Shown here: piece by piece, positions 34,725 through 48,065 of the stretch
Position numbering within the stretch: the first letter of the stretch is position 1
How the letters are laid out: each line of letters starts with the position of its first letter
Source: Albugo candida
Lineage: Eukaryota
Length of the DNA: 64,000 bases
Reading direction: 5' to 3'
NCBI GenBank assembly: GCA_040437565.1
Contig: JBDOQK010000053.1
Location: forward strand, 186,001 to 250,000
Made by a program: the position numbers and the translations under genes
The notes under the pieces: generated by a model
What the model saw: the letters and a program-made list of their open reading frames with translations, nothing else
What the model was told of the DNA's origin: nothing
Database searches by the model: none

Positions 34725-37233
34725 TCAGATCGATGCAGCTGATTGAAATGCTTGCGCTCAGCGAATGAGACGCATCAAGAAATTCTGAGAGCGTGGAATC
34801 ACAAATGATGCTTCACCGTTATACGTCAGTGATGACAGTCAAATAGGGCACGAGCAAGCACACCATTGCTTTTTCGAACTTCTTTAGAGACGCACTTGAT
34901 CCAGTATTTTTAACTAGTAACAAGCATTGAACACATCATTCCCGTAATGTGTCACAAAGTGCATCAAAATTCTAATAATGCACTGCCTTCCTTTCGATTC
35001 AATAAACGATTCATTCACGATGTTTCCATTATCTGGTCAATTTCTGTCAACTCAATCTTGAATTGGTCCATTCCCATTTTATTTTTTCTAATATATATCC
35101 GTTGAGGGCAAGGGGCTTCATCACGATATGGAACTACTATAGGAATCGGAGACGACGAATTTCTTGCTATGCGACTCAATATAATGCTGTTCTTTACCTT
35201 CTATGCTCAATCCTATGACTGCTTTCATTCTCACTATTCAATTTACTTATGATGAACACCCGACAAGCAACAACAAACTCGAGACTAACCCGCCAACATG
35301 AACCGCGTTGATGGTGGCTATGTTCCAATTCAGGAGCAGCCACACCAGCGAGCCCGGCCAGCAACCTCAGCAAACTCAGCGACCGTCAGCACCGAGCTCC
35401 AAAGACTCCACAAAGAGAATGAGTCGCTCAAGAGAGAGATTGGTCATCTCAGGGCTTCGAAGGCTCACTCAGAGTCAGCATTTACGCACCAGAATGATGC
35501 GCTAGTCGAGCTAACAGAAATGAATCAAATGTTGAAACTGCGACTTCAGCAGCAAGCTACCGAGGTGGCTGACCAAAAGGACTGCATTGATAAGCTTTAC
35601 TCGCAACTAAGAATGACTCAATCAGAATTAGAGGACCGAAAATTCAATCTAACAAAAGTTCAAACCGAGCATCAGTACGCAGTACGACTACTTGGTGAAT
35701 ATCATCAACAATCATAGCAAGTCCCAGCCAACAGTAATATCGTTTCAAAGCGTCCTGATACCCAAACTGATGATGAAACTTCACCAAATTTTTTTAAAAA
35801 GCTTGATAAAGCACTCAGACTCGAAAATGACGAGTTGCATCGCAAAGTCGATGAATTGCGCGCAACAGTTGAGCACTTGCAGCATCAGATACAGCAACTT
35901 CAGCAACTTCTGGTATCGAAAAAACAAACAATTAATGTAGGAAGTGAGAATAGCTAATATTCTTTTTAATTAGGTAAGATCTCTTTTTCTGATTTGATTA
36001 CCAAAAAAATATCGTCGTGTTTCCATGTTGTTGCATTCTCTCCGTCATAATAGACAGTAGGCGCCGGTTGATACCGGTAAGAAGAGTGCGTGTGCACCAG
36101 TATTTCCTAGCATTACCTAGTACTAGCTTTACAGGGTAGTGTGGTGGACATGAATGTGAAGAATACTGTACTTCTTCACAGTATCCACTAATTACAAGCT
36201 GGACATTGCCGTCTATTGCGTGCATGATGAACCGATAGAGAGACTTTGTTTTTTTTATATGTGATCTATTAGCAAAGTTAGGAACTCGTTCATCGAATTA
36301 ATCTTGCGCTTGTAGCCATAACGTTTTGATATCTTGCAAAAGCAGTCTAATAGCGGCGCGAATTGAGAATAGAATAGTGTTATTATTGCAGCTACCGATT
36401 GTCCTACTTGCCGCTNNNNNNNNNNNNNNNNNNNNNNNNNNNNNNNNNNNNNNNNNNNNNNNNNNNNNNNNNNNNNNNNNNNNNNNNNNNNNNNNNNNNN
36501 NNNNNNNNNNNNNNNTTGCAGCTACCGATTGTCCTACTTGCCGCTACAATCTTCCGAAGCTTATTTTGCGCATTGCTTCAATGTACTCACCGCCGATCTC
36601 AAAAAGCTTAAGCGCTTGCGAAAACTGCCAAAAATACATTCTGAATCCGCAATCGTTAAATTTTATGTCTCTATGTGTCCTTGAGCATCTCTATGGTCTA
36701 TGCTGACGACAGCTTCCTCTTAATCGAATCCTACCAGTACGCAGATGATGAATTTAGTCAACCTTGTGCTCGAACGTAGATGCCTAATTGTTTTTCACAT
36801 CTTCTGGCTGGGATACACATATTCATTCACAGTGAAGCATTATGAACGCTCAGGATGGACAAAAATTGCAAAATTTGCTACAATTAAACCGCTTCGCTAT
36901 CCTGTAAAACCAGTATCTAAATACTCACTTTGTTTATCATTTTTCTACATTGATGTAGCGTGCAGTTATCATCATGCGGACTTGCAGAGATCTGTTACGG
37001 GAACGAATGCATGCGATCGAGTCCAAGATGACGCTCCAAATCAAGACCTTAGAACGCATTTATAATCAGTTTATTGTTTCTAGTTTTCAAAGTTTATACT
37101 GAATGAGTAGGTAAATATGAATGATGTGCGCCCCCTACAGCATGTTGATTAAGTGAAATAAGTGATGTGAATTACTAGTAGAGCTCATTTGTGCTGGGCC
37201 CACAAGTTGCTAAATCACCACTTCAGCACCATC
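34725..37233 (+). repeat. Copy A' of the diverged segmental duplication (partner 22290-23636)
   Basis: Collinear with copy A; includes the 35298 ORF (where copy A has its gap) and ~290 nt extra near 36700-36985. Confidence 0.85.
35298..35957 (+). CDS. Coiled-coil protein with one internal in-frame TAG (35715-35717): pseudogene, null allele or readthrough
   Basis: 139 aa heptad-rich ORF; the same frame continues 79 codons (…LRLENDELHRKVDELRATVEHLQHQIQQLQQLL…) to TAA at 35955-35957. Confidence 0.55.
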
Positions 37234-37559
37234 GAGCGCACGTTCGACTTTCTATGCTTTCATACACGACAGAGCCTTTCATCCGATGTGACAAAAAAAA
37301 TTCTGACTTTCTTCAAGCCGTTTGGTGGGATGTTTAGTTCTTTTCTTCAATGAGCGCAAGCCGTTTTGTCGGAGCAACATGAACTATAAGCAAGCCAAGG
37401 TTGAAGTAACGAGATCACGGCATGTACAATGAAGGCGGCATAGTGAGAGATCCTGCTCAATTTTTGTAAGGTAGCGGAATGTGTGTCGCATGCACATAAC
37501 AATTCACTCAATTGCTGGCCGAAAAGCGCATCGGAAGAAAGTCTCAACTCCAAGTAAAT

Positions 37560-40030
37560 TGATTAATCGATACCGAATTTACTCCGTGGTCCGAATTGAG
37601 TGTATATTGGCACTCGAAGGAAAGACCGTCACAGCCTTGAACCATAAATCAGCGAAAGAAATATCCTTCGGTGAGAATGTCCACAGGATACTAAACAACA
37701 CCGTCGCAAATTTCGTAGGGTAAGATACTGGCACTGATATCAGGATTTCTAGACGTCGCCACATAAGATGTAGTTAGCTCGCTGGGATCACCCATGCAGA
37801 CATGAAATTGCGATAGCGATTCAGGCGATTTCTCACGAAATGCAAGCAGAATGTAGACATGTATAGGTCCGGAAACGTGTTCATGCGGAATTACTAACTC
37901 TGTGCTCTCAAACTGATGGAACGTTGGCAAGGAGAAGACTCCTTCCAGTTCAGCGCATGCAGAATCCATTCCGCGCAATTGTCCAATAAGGAAGTCTATC
38001 AGATCCATATTTTACAGTCACGCCATAGATATCTCAGACGCGTACGCACATCTATGACGTCCGCTTCGCTTGATATATATTTGAGTCGAAGAGTTGAGTA
38101 TCTCACTGACGATAAGCGCGCACAAAGTGGTTCTTGCATGATCGTCCTTTCGTCTTTTTCTACTCGGTTCCCTTCATCAGATAGCGCCGATACGTGAAGA
38201 GCTTATCTGTGTATCGAATAAATTGTGCCGAGTGCTCTTGTCGAAGTCGAGGCTTCACATCCCGAAGTCTCAGCGCAATCTCCTTCTTCATGCTTGCCTT
38301 CCTCGCATATAGCTACTGCCATAGCTACCGCGTCTTTTTCTCGAATTCTATCCATACTTGACGCGATACAAGCAGTGTGTTACTTTTCATGGTTGATGAT
38401 GGTGATTATCACTTTTGGGTATAATCGCATGACTATACTTGAAATTGATGCATCGTCATTACAATTGACTTTAAAAGGACTCTTTTCTTGCATTGGGGAT
38501 TTTCAAGTTGTATAACGCCGAGTGTGATGGCCAATTGAGTTTTCTCACATTCCATTCCACCAATTCAATCTTACTTCTCCATTCGGAATTCGCAGTACCC
38601 CGCTGGCTACCAGGAGCTTGGCCGGGATTGAATAAGTTGGGACACATTTTGGTGCAAAGGCACTTTTATTGTGGTTCAAAACGATACGAAGATACAGCTT
38701 CCGATATGTCTTAATCTACTAAGCAGCAAATCTACTCCGGCCCTCAACACAATCATGTGTGTGTCTAATCCAAGTCTATGTACATGTTAAAAGAACCAAC
38801 TTGGCTCGACCTACTTGCGCAATGTCGATTTGGTGAACGGCTTGTCAACTATTGGACTAAGACACGATGCCTTAACCATGAGGACTATGCCGTTGATATT
38901 TCTCGAGTTTATGACACATAATAAGAGTTTGAAGATATGCAATCGCATGTATATTTTCAAATTTGGCATAGACGTCGAGTGATTTTTGCTATCCTGTTGT
39001 CCGATTAGATTTGGAGCTTGAAAACTTCTTTGCAGTTCCTGGTTCTGCATAACATTCTCGTTTTCAATCACATAGCCTCCTTCTCCTGACAACAATTCGG
39101 ATATCACAAGAATGAGTGCCAGCTTCTGGACTAGATGATATCGAATCTTCTGGCTGCACCTTCGAGATGTAGTGCTACCACTTCATTTGACTTGTTTCTG
39201 CAAATAAACACATGCTCGATATACGTGTTTGAACGTCTGAAGGCATCCATCACCCTCACATTCTCTTGTAGAATTCCATCCACTTATACGGTTTGTTATC
39301 CATCGTCATGGTCCAGCAAGACTATTTTTTCTATGAAGACTATTCTAGGACGTCGTCGCCTCGGGCGTCATTCCCACTGACGATGAATTCCTTATATTCA
39401 GCTTTTGTAATGTTTGAGTTCGTTTTTTCTGTATTTATTTTCAAAGCTGCACGATACAAAGGATGTTTCACGCTTGGACTGCTGCNNNNNNNNNNNNNNN
39501 NNNNNNNNNNNNNNNNNNNNNNNNNNNNNNNNNNNNNNNNNNNNNNNNNNNNNNNNNNNNNNNNNNNNNNNNNNNNNNNNNNNNNCTGCATAACATTCTC
39601 GTTTTCAATCACATAGCCTCCTTCTCCTGACAACAATTCGGATATCACAAGAATGAGTGCCAGCTTCTGGACTAGATGATATCGAATCTTCTGGCTGCAC
39701 CTTCGAGATGTAGTGCTACCACTTCATTTGACTTGTTTCTGCAAATAAACACATGCTCGATATACGTGTTTGAACGTCTGAAGGCATCCATCACCCTCAC
39801 ATTCTCTTGTAGAATTCCATCCACTTATACGGTTTGTTATCCATCGTCATGGTCCAGCAAGACTATTTTTTCTATGAAGACTATTCTAGGACGTCGTCGC
39901 CTCGGGCGTCATTCCCACTGACGATGAATTCCTTATATTCAGCTTTTGTAATGTTTGAGTTCGTTTTTTCTGTATTTATTTTCAAAGCTGCACGATACAA
40001 AGGATGTTTCACGCTTGGACTGCTGCGCTT
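37560..40030 (-). pseudogene. Possible decayed coding sequence of unknown family
   Basis: Protein-like minus-strand fragments (37691-38008, ~38160-38310, 38811-39107, ~39880-40030) interrupted by stops and frameshifts. Confidence 0.22.
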
Positions 40031-41421
40031 GTGATATAATCTACCCATTTACCAGTACCGACTTCAATCATGAGGCTGTTCTTTCAGCAGATGTATCTCT
40101 TATTAGATGATCATGAAGCTGAAACAAGTCAGTTGTCTTGGATTTTTAAGTGACTTTCAGACTATCATACGTTACTACAATCATTCATATAGCGTGAGAG
40201 CGGGCCGATACTGATGTCAATTGCTGACATGCAGAGTAAAACCGTACTTGTTCCGTGTAAGAGTTATACACTTAAAACAACTTTCCCACCCGCCCAGCGG
40301 TGTTAGATGATTTAGTATGCGGTAGTATTTTTGCTATAATGGTCACGAGCTATGTCTATAATTTGAAGCCAGAGGGAGGTATTTAAAATGACATAACGAA
40401 AGATCATACATAAATTGATGCACTAAATTAGATTCAGAAGCTTTTATGATGTTCCTTCATACCGCGAACGAAACTTTGCAACTCATTGGAAAATCAAAAC
40501 CTTTTACAGCTACACGATGAGTGTCAGCTAAGGATTATTTAGAATTTACCTTCATTCTGCAGAATGACTGTCAGGATCAATGTACAATAATTGATAACAG
40601 ACGAGCACTAAGGTTTACGACTGAATGATATCCAGCATTGCGCATTCGACTTTCACGCCTGTGCTCGTTCGTGCGGTTGTCACAACTACAATTTTCACTC
40701 GTATCACTTTTGTTTATCGATTAATTTTTAATCCATCAGCTTTTTCATAATGCAACATGGACCTATTAAAATTGACATTGACCAAACTTGACAATGCACT
40801 CATCGTGTTCTTAATCGACCATCACTTCTTTCTCATCGTGTTGAATCAAGATTAGTAGAGTAATCATGTAGAACGTCTACCGGAGATGCATAGCACACAA
40901 ATCGGTGGAAAGTTGATGTGAAATCTAATAGCTATGGCGAGGTGTATGCAACTAAAGCATTCAAACGTGCTCAGACTGAGCAGTCATTTTTGACTTAATC
41001 ACATTATTTACGTACAGTACATCCAGTTTCCATGAGCGAATTTTGTAGAAATTCACGCTATTTGTTTACTAGACAACAATTTGTCTGAATTTTGTATGAA
41101 GTCTCGCTTTTTGTTTACAAGACATAAAGTTGTTTCCATTTCCACCTTTTTTGCTGAAACGAATACTGCCTGATCGCTCTACATAGTGTTTGTATGAAAT
41201 GCAAGAGATACTGGTAAGTGAGAAAGTACGACGTAGCTGATAAAAATGGATGTTTCCTGAAATCAACTGGTTTGTCATCATCCCTAATGAGATTTGAATT
41301 GCTTAGGTTAATTTTTGTTATCGTTTTTCAGTCAAATCACAGACCCTTCCGTATTTCCGTGTATCAGGAGCATCAAGTCATTTCAGAAATCACATCATAA
41401 AGGTAAGAAAAGAATAAGTAA

Positions 41422-42372
41422 ATGGGAACGCGACAGCTATTTTGGTCATTTCTTTCGCCTATGCGGCTAGTCGCATGGATTTGGTTTGGACGGTATTTCG
41501 CTGTCTGTCTAATATATCACACGTACAAAATCGATATTGGATACCCGAGTAGCTCTCTTGTCTCGTGCTATGAGAAGATTATCGAACTGGGTGTGAAAAG
41601 GCTTAATCCGAGCATTGTTCGTGGCAAGAATGCGATAATAATCATTGTAACAGATGGAATACTGCTAGAAGCGACGTTGCAGGAAGCACTCGGAAATGCT
41701 TGCGAGCTGAACTCATTTGAAGTGCAAAACGCAATCCAAAGTGACTTTCTTCCGCGCGAAGTTGGCACGTCAGATGAATCTTCCCTCTTGCCAGATGATG
41801 TCATCCTGGTCACCTTTTCACCCACAGAACACATAGGGGCAAAGTGCAAAGAGTGTTACTCACGCGAAGGTCTCAGGCTTTTTGATTCGACACTTGTGAC
41901 CATTGCTTCTACCGTACTTTCTCCAATAAAAGATAGTAGAGAGTATTACAACTTGAAGGAGCTTTCGGAAACAAAGGAGAAGTGCTCGCACTGCATCTCA
42001 TGGAAGGTCAGACCAGCCAGGATTTTTCCAAACCTTTTGGACTTAAGCAACAACGATATCACCTATGAGACATTTTATTCGGTCGAAACAAGTAAAATTG
42101 GCATTATTGAACACAACGGGATGAAAAACTGTGTTCAATGTCTCTTTTCTTATTGCGAGATTTTTTATGCCGAGCCCGCATATAATAAGATATGGACCAC
42201 TAACGTGAGTCCAAATTCGTTTCGATGCAGCTTTTTATGTGACAAAGACCTAGTCATCAATGATGTACAAGCAGCTTACCTCCCGCCAAGACCAATGAAA
42301 TTCTCTGAATATGATTTCAGATTCATTTTGATAGAGAAATCCAGTAAGAAGGCACGTGTAAAGCTCATTTGA
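41422..42372 (+). CDS. Cysteine-patterned, putatively secreted CCG-like effector candidate
   Basis: Intronless 316 aa ORF in a gene desert; hydrophobic N-terminus (MRLVAWIWFGRYFAVCLIY); degenerate CYEKIIELG, then CKECYSREG, CSHC and CVQCL modules. Confidence 0.6.
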   Translation: MGTRQLFWSFLSPMRLVAWIWFGRYFAVCLIYHTYKIDIGYPSSSLVSCYEKIIELGVKRLNPSIVRGKNAIIIIVTDGILLEATLQEALGNACELNSFEVQNAIQSDFLPREVGTSDESSLLPDDVILVTFSPTEHIGAKCKECYSREGLRLFDSTLVTIASTVLSPIKDSREYYNLKELSETKEKCSHCISWKVRPARIFPNLLDLSNNDITYETFYSVETSKIGIIEHNGMKNCVQCLFSYCEIFYAEPAYNKIWTTNVSPNSFRCSFLCDKDLVINDVQAAYLPPRPMKFSEYDFRFILIEKSSKKARVKLI

Positions 42373-45300
42373 AATAGCTAGAAAAATGAGGAGCACTTGT
42401 TAATTAAAAAAAAATTAAGTTGCACTGAGGAGAAAAAAAATACATTCCTTACTTCTGGAAAGACCTGTTTCGTAAAGCATAGGCTCTAGCGAAAGACGTA
42501 ACGCTCGCAGATCGCATTTTATGAAATTTGCTTCTGCAAAAGTTTGAGAAGGCAAAGTCTGACTTCAATCGAGAATTGTATACGGGTATCATCCGGTCCA
42601 ATTCATCCTTCTATTCGGCCTCGCAATATCGCATTAGGCACAGAAGTTGAAAGTGGACGTGTTAAATCGATTCATCTTCCATGAGATGGCATATTACGAT
42701 GAGGTCAACGCAATCGACAGCTACCAAAAGAGTCATGTACTCTATTGAGATGAAGAAAATATATTTTTGATCAGCCGACTGATGTGAAATATGTTGTGAG
42801 ATAGCTAATGAAAGCTTTCATTTATCAATCTAGAAGCTTTATTGCAATTTACCAGTATTGTTTCTAGTATCTACGCACAAGGACACGAGCAAGATGGGTA
42901 CAGAGATGAAGTAATGCATCAATGAAACTATTAATGCGTATGTATGCTATCGGAGGAGCGATGGACGTTCAGAAAATGATTGTGCTGCTTCTAAATAGCT
43001 ATGTGAACACTTTACGTCTATCAATCATGTGATTAGAACGTATTTGGTAGCGATGTAATGCAGACAAATGTGATCTTCAAGATAGGATCGAGAGCACGTA
43101 CACACATGTTTTTTTTCAATATCAAACAATGCACAAAGCAATGAGGGTCAACCAAAAAGAGTACATAGAAGCAACAACCATTCACCGTGAAACGAAGCCA
43201 GTAGAGTGACCGTTTCTAATACAAGTGTTATACGCTGGTATATGGTGCGAGCAGCCTCATTAGTCAAGGCAAATCGGAAAACCTACCCTGACGAAAACAT
43301 TATCATTTAAAGTCTCGATTGCGAGTATCAAGTTGATAAAGTCTATTGCTTAGCACTCAATTGCAAGCGTTCTATGCAAAAGTAAATATGTTTTGATAAA
43401 CGACTTCCAAACACAACTTTTCCACAATCTGGGCTATATCAATAGGTCAAGCAGACTGAATGCTGACACTTACTAATGCATCAGCCGCATTAAACCACGA
43501 AGATGTGTGCTAGCCAACGTCCGCAGCGCCAAAGTTCAACTGAAGGTGACGATGGTAGTGGAAGACGACGGAAGTGTTGCAAATAATGCAAATCGGTATC
43601 ACGGGTATAGTGAACACATTCCAATAGGTCATGAGGTGATACCGTCGTCTTGGCATTTATGTATGAGGCTTTTTCTTTACCAATGACGAAGTCTCATACA
43701 TGTAACTATTTGATGGAGTACAGACGATCGACGCAATATCAAACGGAAGAGGATCGAATGTGTCAGAGCCCCTAAAAATGATAAAATACGTTAGCAAAGA
43801 ATTTCGTTTTTTGGTCAATAGCATGATCAAACAAATCGCATGCATCGAACACTGCTAGAATTGGCTACAACATTGATGAAGTACGAAGGTATGTATAAGC
43901 AGCGTTGAGAAGAGCTTGTAAGTTTGGCTCTTCAAATCATGACTGTGCTCCAACCAGTCCTAGATCAAACGCTGTGTCGTTAGAATTCAGACGTCAATTA
44001 CCTTCGCGCTTCTGGATTATCCTTTTGGCAAGCATCCAAATTCGAAGTAAATGAAGTTGACAGCGAAATAGAGAGCTCTAATTTCAAAATTTGCCACCTC
44101 CAGTAAGCGTAGACAAAGGATGAAATAATAGGTCGCTAGGGCGCTACAGAGCCAAGAAATTAGTATCCGGTGGAAACGTCGAAATGATGCATATAACATT
44201 CGTTGATAATGGCAATAGCACACTAGTCGTGTTTGTCGAGGGTAAAGAGCTTAGAACAATCAACAAAATCAAAATACAAATTACTGCAGAGTGTAGCGCT
44301 GACACACAATTGGCTGCATGCCCAATCGAATTAAGTCATATTGTTCATGCAGACCTATAATGGGGAAGTAAACATTTTTTTTGCCGAGAGTGAGATCCGA
44401 TATCATTTGTACTTCCATGTTTTCTTAAGCATTGTTCCACCAAGTCAACACTCTAACCAGGAAAGGCAGCCAGCTTCACCGACGATGAGTCTTCTGGAAA
44501 ATAGTAGACACGAGACAGCCTGAAAAATGGCTAGCCATGTAACGTCATCTGCACCTTTTTCAGATCGATGCGCCCTCACTTTCGAAGATCGATATGTGGA
44601 ATAAGATTTTGCTTCCAAACATGCATACAAAAGTGTGATCTGAAAATTCAGAGTAATGGAATACGAATAGGCTGAATGTCGCACGATCAGGTGGTGTCAG
44701 CACAATACATCGAGGTAGAGCTGTGTTGATATAATAGAACTGATTTTCTGTGAAGATCCATTCCGTAAAATTAATTCTACTAAGACACCAATAATGATAT
44801 TGTAACCACTTACAGCCACAGATGACACCAACGACAATCACGTTGAACGATTTTCCTGGGTCATTTTTCCTCAGGTAGGACCAAGAAACTCGCCTTTGAG
44901 AGGCCATAAATCGCTGATGAAGTTGACAAAAAGCTGCCGCAGTGACTTGAGAACTTGTAGCATCCTGCACATGGCATCATTTTTGAATATCAAACTGAAC
45001 ACTAACGTATAACTGGATGGTGGACTATCCTCTCGTCTAGTAGAGGAAGGCCGTACCTTCGTACGTGAGGGGATTCATACGCTGCCTTCTTTTTCACGAT
45101 GTATAACTCTCAACCATCGGAGCTGCTTTAGTTTAATATTCTTATGCTGATGGAATGATCCCACTTTTTTTATAGACAGCTGCAAGTGTACATCGGGGAG
45201 ATATTGAAGCTTCTGCAAGACGAGTTACGGATCCGCATGAACATCGAGAGGGCTGACGTGCGCCAGGTGTTGAATGAGTCTCGATCAAGTACACGGTTTG

Positions 45301-46386
45301 GGAAATGACCACTGCACTTCACTAGTAATCTTTGTAATTAATGTGTATCCCCTTAGTGATAGTAAAAGTAGGTCTTGCATATTTACGAAAGGCGTGCTGT
45401 CCACAATCTTATGGACGTTGCGGAATTTGGCAAACTGGCTGTTCTGACGAAAGTCAAAGAATAGAATTTTTACTGATTGCATACGTCCGAAGGGAATATT
45501 GCAGCACGCAATTTGGCGGCTCGACTTATCATAGAAGCTGAGCACAACGGGTGCTTCCCATTGTATCTGAGACCATTCAACGATTTTCGCTCGTGTCGCT
45601 CATGTAGTTGTCGATGCAAGTCGAGCGTCGACGAGGTCTTGATAACAGCGGGCATCGTCGAGTCCGGCCCGTAATTTACTACCATTGAACCCTGTTAAGA
45701 TAAGAACCGATGCAAAGTCATTTCTTACGGGCAGTCATAGTGCCATGGAGCAACTGTCCCCGAACACGACTAATACTAGTTGTATGTAAGTGTGGCCTCG
45801 GAAATGAATTGAAAATACTTATGATTATGCTCAAGTTGAGGTAATCAGACGGAAGGATCACATTGACGTAATGGTAATCCGAATCGCTACGCAATCAAAG
45901 ATGCTGTAATGATCGATCAAAAAGCAACGACAATGTTCGTGTACGCGAGAACGAGGAGCAAGAAAGCTATATATATTTACAGACAAGTCTCTTGTGCAAA
46001 ATTTCGACGGCCACATGCATCTACATAAAGCCTAAAATATACTCAACGTAGCTGTCATGATTATAATACGGGAATCTGACATCAAATGGCTACCTGGTTT
46101 TTGCCTTCGCAAATTCTGATATATTCCAACAAATGATGGCAGCCTGCGATAAAACCTTAGTAAGGCCCCGGAATGCATTAAGCCTGATCAGTCCTCTTGG
46201 GTGCGATGCTCCTGAAGACTGGACTTTCAACATGGAATACTCGTAAGGCGTACCTGAGTGAAATATGTGGCTATTGCTATAGAAAAACGTCAGAAATAAT
46301 GGATCCTGCTTTTCCTGTTCGATTCGACAATGTAATTTACATCCAATGAGGCGAACATCTATTGAGGTAAACATCTCCGCAGCGAA

Positions 46387-47851
46387 TTACATATATTTTT
46401 TGATGCGTAAGCAGTGCATCGACTCAGCATTACGTAGAGCAGCTTCGAGCTCGTTCTGGAGCTTCACAAGCATAGTATAATCGCACTGGTAATTGTCGGC
46501 CTTACACGAAGCGCTATCCATTAAACTAGTGCTCGTACTGGGAAGATTAAAATTGATAGGTTGGTCTTTTCCCCCTGGTAGTTTAGTGGTTGTTCGTAAC
46601 GTCAGTATTGGTCTCATTTGACGCCGCATAAATCGAGTCTCTATTTGAAGATCAAGACGCCACTGAAAGCCAACAAATCGAGGTATTTGTAACCTCAACG
46701 GTCGGCTGGCCACATTGCGTATTTTTTTATGGTAATCTGCATAAACCTTAGGAAAGCAGCATTATGATTGATATCGTCGGTACTGCCCACAGCCGTTTCT
46801 GGTACCTGTTTCAACAAGCGTAGATTTGCTTCATTCAAACCACTTCCGCGGACTGATGCGATAAATTGTCTCTCAGATAAGTTAGACTGTGTAGAAAGAT
46901 TAAGATAATGCAACTGTGATTCACATAGATTTTACAGATGCATGAGTACCTTGCTTGTCTCTACAAGAACTTTGGCCAATGTTATCGTAGCTACTTCGAT
47001 CTGTGATTCTTCCCACCCATATCTTTCTAATTCAGAATATTCTNNNNNNNNNNNNNNNNNNNNNNNNNNNNNNNNNNNNNNNNNNNNNNNNNNNNNNNNN
47101 NNNNNNNNNNNNNNNNNNNNNNNNNNNNNNNNNNNNNNNNNNNGTTTAGTGGTTGTTCGTAACGTCAGTATTGGTCTCATTTGACGCCGCATAAATCGAG
47201 TCTCTATTTCAAGATCAAGACGCCACTGAAAGCCAACAAATCGAGGTATTTGTAACCTCAACGGTCGGCTGACCACTTTGCGTATTTTTTTATGGTAATC
47301 TGCATAAACCTTAGGAAAGCAGCATTATGATAGATATCGTCGGTACTGCCCACAGCCGTTTCTGGTACCTGTTTCAACAAGCGTAGATTTGCTTGATTCA
47401 AACCACTTCCGCGGACTGATGCGATAAATTGTCTCTCAGATAAGTTAGACTGTGTAGAAAGATTAAGATAATGCAACTGTGATTCACATAGATTTATGAG
47501 TACCTTGCTTGTCTCTACAAGAACTTTGGCCAATGTTATCGTAGCTACTTCGATCTGTGAATCTTCCCACCCATATCTTTCTAATTCAGAATATTCTTAT
47601 CATGTACATCACTTTTATAATAATGCTTCAACACACTAGTGATTCTGTCAAATCGAGCCTTGTCTTCATGCGTGCCCTCGGTCAGCTTATGCGTAGCCAT
47701 TGTGATCAGAGCGAGCACATCTTTTGGGCATATATAACATTAATAAATTATATCTAATGTGGACTTGAGATCACTTGCCTTCCTGATCCAACGTGTCTAA
47801 TGATTTCATCTGCTTGATAATCTCTTGATTCCATGCTGTTATGATACACAT
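46387..47851 (-). CDS. COMMD2: COMM domain-containing protein 2, multi-exon; middle duplicated across the gap as two variant copies
   Basis: IPRFVGFQWRLDLQIETRFMRRQMRP..QCDYTMLVKLQNELEAAL..HCLRIKKYM matches the COMMD2 C-terminus; exons reconstructed from ATG 47851 with short introns. Confidence 0.8.
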
Positions 47852-48065
47852 AGCCAAAGGGAAAAAGAAGACTTTTTCTACCAATAAATGAGTAGATAAT
47901 GCATAAAGGTGGTGTCACTCGAGAAAAATCACATTCCGCCAAATTGCTTCTAAAGAAGCGTGTTGCACGACGGTCTTGAAGCGAGCTCTACCGCAATCGA
48001 ACCGTGACCGCTCTTACCTCCCTCTGTAATTCACTGTATTCAGTCAGCGCCAACTCGGGAAAAAG

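Noticed and set aside
39045-40026. 441-bp direct repeat
   Set aside because: Flanks gap 39486-39585; assembly overlap.
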